Origin: a phage
Reading direction: 5' to 3' (one strand)
Length of the DNA stretch: 64,000 nucleotides
Sequence record: PV467749.1
Both the position numbers and the translations under genes were made by a program. Positions 61,047 to 64,000 of this stretch are shown piece by piece; the first letter of the stretch is position 1; each line of letters begins with the position of its first letter. The notes under the pieces were generated by a model. That model was not told the origin of the DNA, ran no database searches, and was given only the letters and a program-made list of their open reading frames with translations.

Positions 61047-63194
61047 TTAGAAAACATCATCCAGAGTTGTATACTCAACAGTACTGAAACCATCCTCTTT
61101 AACTACTTTTAGGATTTTCTCAGTCTTAGAAAGCAATTCTTCTCTGTGAGAAATGGCATATACATTCTTACCACGCACAGCAGCCATATCTTGGAAGATA
61201 GACCACACGCGAAGAACACCACTTGAATCAAGACCTTGGTCAATCATCTCATCAATGATAAGAATATTGATACTTTGATACAATGACTCATATGTATCAC
61301 GGAAAGCACAAGATAAAGCAATGTTTACCCTTGTACGCTCACCACGACTAAGCTGTTTATAGTCAAAGTACTGACCACTTTTCTCAATTTCTACACTCAA
61401 ATCATTCAAGAACACAACATTATGTTCAGAACCACACATATCAATGTAATATTGAAGACGTGTATTCAGATACGAAATGTTTTGTTCAATAATACGCTTA
61501 CGGACATAAGAATCCTTGTTTAACAACAATTTAACCAAGAAATCTTGGTGATTTGCCATCTTATCAAGGTTATTATAGTCACTATAGTCGATTGGTACTA
61601 ATGAATCGGTCGTAAGTGTATTAATTTGTCCAATAAATGTGTTAGTAGTTTTCAATTCACGATCTAATTGCTGTGATAATGAAGTTACTGTCATTTCTAA
61701 CTCTTTTACTTCAGATTTATTCAATGTATCTGGTACTTCTTGAAGAACATGTGCGTTCAGTTCTTCATATGATGACATAAGTTCATTAGCATAGATGTTA
61801 ATTTGCTCTTCTTCACTCTTTTTAATAAGTTCTTGAAGCTTATGCTCATGCATTTGTGCTTCAGTTAGTGTAGAATAGAATGTCACAGGCTTAGGTGGCA
61901 TATCAAAAATCTCAATACTATCAATTTCCTGAAGTATTGTTTCAATTTCAGAAGTGGAACTATCAATTTTCGATTGAAGTTCATTAATAGTATTTTGAAT
62001 TTTATCTTTAATAGACGAAGTATGTTCATTATGTTCTAATTCGGACATACAAAGTGGACATTTACTACTCTCCACTGTTGCTAATTTGTCCACCTCAGCA
62101 CGTAACGAACTCTCATGACCATTTAAAGCCACCTTTAATGCGTTAAGTTTTTGTTCTTTGAAACGTTTTTGGTTATTATTCTCTTTTAGAATACCCTCCA
62201 ACTGTTTCCATATCTCCAACTCATTGTGATTTTCTAATTCAGTACTGATATCAATAGTTTTTAGCTTATCAATACTTACATTTAATGCTAATTTTGCTGT
62301 TGCTAGTTCACGGTCATATGCATCATACTTCAAAGCTAACTCTTGCACACGTCTTTCTATTTGATCACGAGCAGCATTATGAATAAGAGCTTTCTCTTTC
62401 ACTTCTGCCAAATCATAGAGATCGTTGAAGTCTAAAGTTTTGTAGATATTCAATTCTTCAGTCAACTTAGATACTCTATTATTTTTATCAATCTCAAATT
62501 GGTTAGCTTGTTCTTGTAATGATTCAATACTTTTTTGAATACGTTCATTACTTGCAGCCACAGTTTCAATTTTGAACTTTTCTTGTTCAGCTAAACGTTT
62601 AGAATCTTTATACATATCCTTTAATAGTTCAGCTTTCTCTGTTAATTGTGTGATGCCCAGAAGTTCCTCAATCATATCACGTTGTTTCTGTGATGATAAT
62701 GCAAGAAACGGCTCTACGTTAGCATTAAGTACTACAATATGTTCAAATAGTAGTTGAGAAATCCCAAGAATCTCGTTTAGATCTTCTTGTGTATCTTTCT
62801 TCTCCCCTCTTGACTCATCTTCGACCTTATTATCTTTACCTAATGTAATAAAGTTGAAATACGTGGGACTTCTCCCACGCTCGACGAGATATTGTACACC
62901 ATCTTTCTCGAACTCAACAGATACTTCACAGTTTTTAGCATTAGTTTTATTAACTAAGTTTGGAATTTTGATATCGTTACCAATACTTTTTCCAAACAAA
63001 CCAAAAACTAAACCTTGAATGATGGCACTTTTACCAACACCATTACGGCGACCGGAACTATCACCACCTTCAATAACTGCATCATTGTTTTGACCAAGAA
63101 CTAACGATATATCAGCACCAGACAAATCAATTACTTGTGGTGCATTGCCAAATGAAAAGAAGTTCCTCATTGATATACGTGTAATGTTTAGCAC
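61047..63194 (-). CDS. Rad50/SbcC-like recombination ATPase (gp46-like)
   Basis: 715 aa; N-terminal Walker A (GQNNDAVIEGGDSSGRRNGVGKSA), long coiled coil with CPLC zinc hook, C-terminal signature/Walker B (LSRGERTRVNIA...ILIIDE). Confidence 0.8.
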   Translation of the reverse strand: MLNITRISMRNFFSFGNAPQVIDLSGADISLVLGQNNDAVIEGGDSSGRRNGVGKSAIIQGLVFGLFGKSIGNDIKIPNLVNKTNAKNCEVSVEFEKDGVQYLVERGRSPTYFNFITLGKDNKVEDESRGEKKDTQEDLNEILGISQLLFEHIVVLNANVEPFLALSSQKQRDMIEELLGITQLTEKAELLKDMYKDSKRLAEQEKFKIETVAASNERIQKSIESLQEQANQFEIDKNNRVSKLTEELNIYKTLDFNDLYDLAEVKEKALIHNAARDQIERRVQELALKYDAYDRELATAKLALNVSIDKLKTIDISTELENHNELEIWKQLEGILKENNNQKRFKEQKLNALKVALNGHESSLRAEVDKLATVESSKCPLCMSELEHNEHTSSIKDKIQNTINELQSKIDSSTSEIETILQEIDSIEIFDMPPKPVTFYSTLTEAQMHEHKLQELIKKSEEEQINIYANELMSSYEELNAHVLQEVPDTLNKSEVKELEMTVTSLSQQLDRELKTTNTFIGQINTLTTDSLVPIDYSDYNNLDKMANHQDFLVKLLLNKDSYVRKRIIEQNISYLNTRLQYYIDMCGSEHNVVFLNDLSVEIEKSGQYFDYKQLSRGERTRVNIALSCAFRDTYESLYQSINILIIDEMIDQGLDSSGVLRVWSIFQDMAAVRGKNVYAISHREELLSKTEKILKVVKEDGFSTVEYTTLDDVF

Positions 63195-63206
63195 AATAAA
63201 TTTCCC

Positions 63207-64000
63207 TTATAGTGATCTGTAAATTTGGATTAGAAGATTTTTATCGAACATAGGTGAATCAATTTCCATGATTTGTTGTAACACAATCTCATCAACTGAC
63301 TCAGTACTTTCAAAGCTTTCACCATCTTCAATAAGTTCTTTGATACTTTGCTTGCTAGTAACAACGTTAAACTCACGAATGTTATAAAGTTTAGTAAAAG
63401 TATCACGAATAAAACTAATCTCATCAGTAGTGATAGCAATATCAACTTGAACCTTTGAAATAGTATTGTCTTGAAGATAATAACTTGGATCTGTTAATAG
63501 TTCTGAAAGTGTAAATGTTCTATATTTTGGTGCTTCTGACCAAGAATGGAAAGTTGGTTCTTTACCATGTTCTAAAATCATCACACCTCTTGCATCATCC
63601 CATGTATCAGAAAAGTTATGTGGGAAACAGTTACCTGTGTAAATTACACGAGTTCCTTTGGATGTTGTTTTTGCTTGTCTCTTGTGGAAATGCCCACTAA
63701 AAACATACTCACAACCACCAAAAGAACCTTCAGTCTCTTTACCATGATCTGGCATCTCAACCATTTTATTGAGCAAGTAGCCAGGTAACTCTAAGTGACC
63801 AAAAACATACTTACTTTTAAGTTGAGGTAGAACTTTGTATTCATCTTCAATCATAAATGGAATGAAAGTACAATCATCAAATGTTGTGATTTCATTAATG
63901 AACTCGATGTTCTCATAAACTTGTGCCATATTAATACTAGTAATGTCACGTTTATTTTTATGATACATGTCATGGTTCCCAACTAAGAAGTAAACCTTAT
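63207..64000 (-). CDS. Mre11/SbcD-like nuclease (gp47-like), 5' partial at window end
   Basis: Frame stays open upstream of the annotated Met to the window edge and encodes LVGNHD; further phosphoesterase motifs GHLE and SGHFH. Confidence 0.75.
   Translation of the reverse strand, partial: KVYFLVGNHDMYHKNKRDITSINMAQVYENIEFINEITTFDDCTFIPFMIEDEYKVLPQLKSKYVFGHLELPGYLLNKMVEMPDHGKETEGSFGGCEYVFSGHFHKRQAKTTSKGTRVIYTGNCFPHNFSDTWDDARGVMILEHGKEPTFHSWSEAPKYRTFTLSELLTDPSYYLQDNTISKVQVDIAITTDEISFIRDTFTKLYNIREFNVVTSKQSIKELIEDGESFESTESVDEIVLQQIMEIDSPMFDKNLLIQIYRSL

Overview
AT-rich (~35-38% GC by eye) dsDNA phage window that is coding-dense, with almost all genes on the minus strand. By motif-level reading it is a T4-type (Straboviridae-like) phage. 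It carries a replication/recombination block (family B DNA polymerase, gp41-like helicase, gp61-like primase, Dda, UvsW, UvsX, gp32-like SSB, RNase HI, FEN-type 5'-3' exonuclease, DnaQ-like exonuclease, gp46/gp47 Rad50/Mre11-like pair, endonuclease VII-like), nucleotide metabolism genes (NrdA, NrdB, DHFR, putative NTP pyrophosphohydrolase) and a T4-ordered head block (tape-measure-like, portal, acidic core protein, prohead protease, scaffold, gp23-like capsid, frameshifted large terminase, tail fiber). The most unusual items are a full-length IF3 homolog behind a perfect consensus sigma70 promoter, a bona fide GroES-like gene, an ORF-free ~0.45 kb promoter-to-terminator unit that may be a ncRNA, three recurring promoter families, two frameshifted genes, a CTA-leucine codon bias confined to highly expressed genes, and free-standing T5orf172/zinc-ribbon endonuclease-like genes. 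All calls come from reading the sequence and ORF translations; no database search or computation was run, and motif similarities are recalled from memory.
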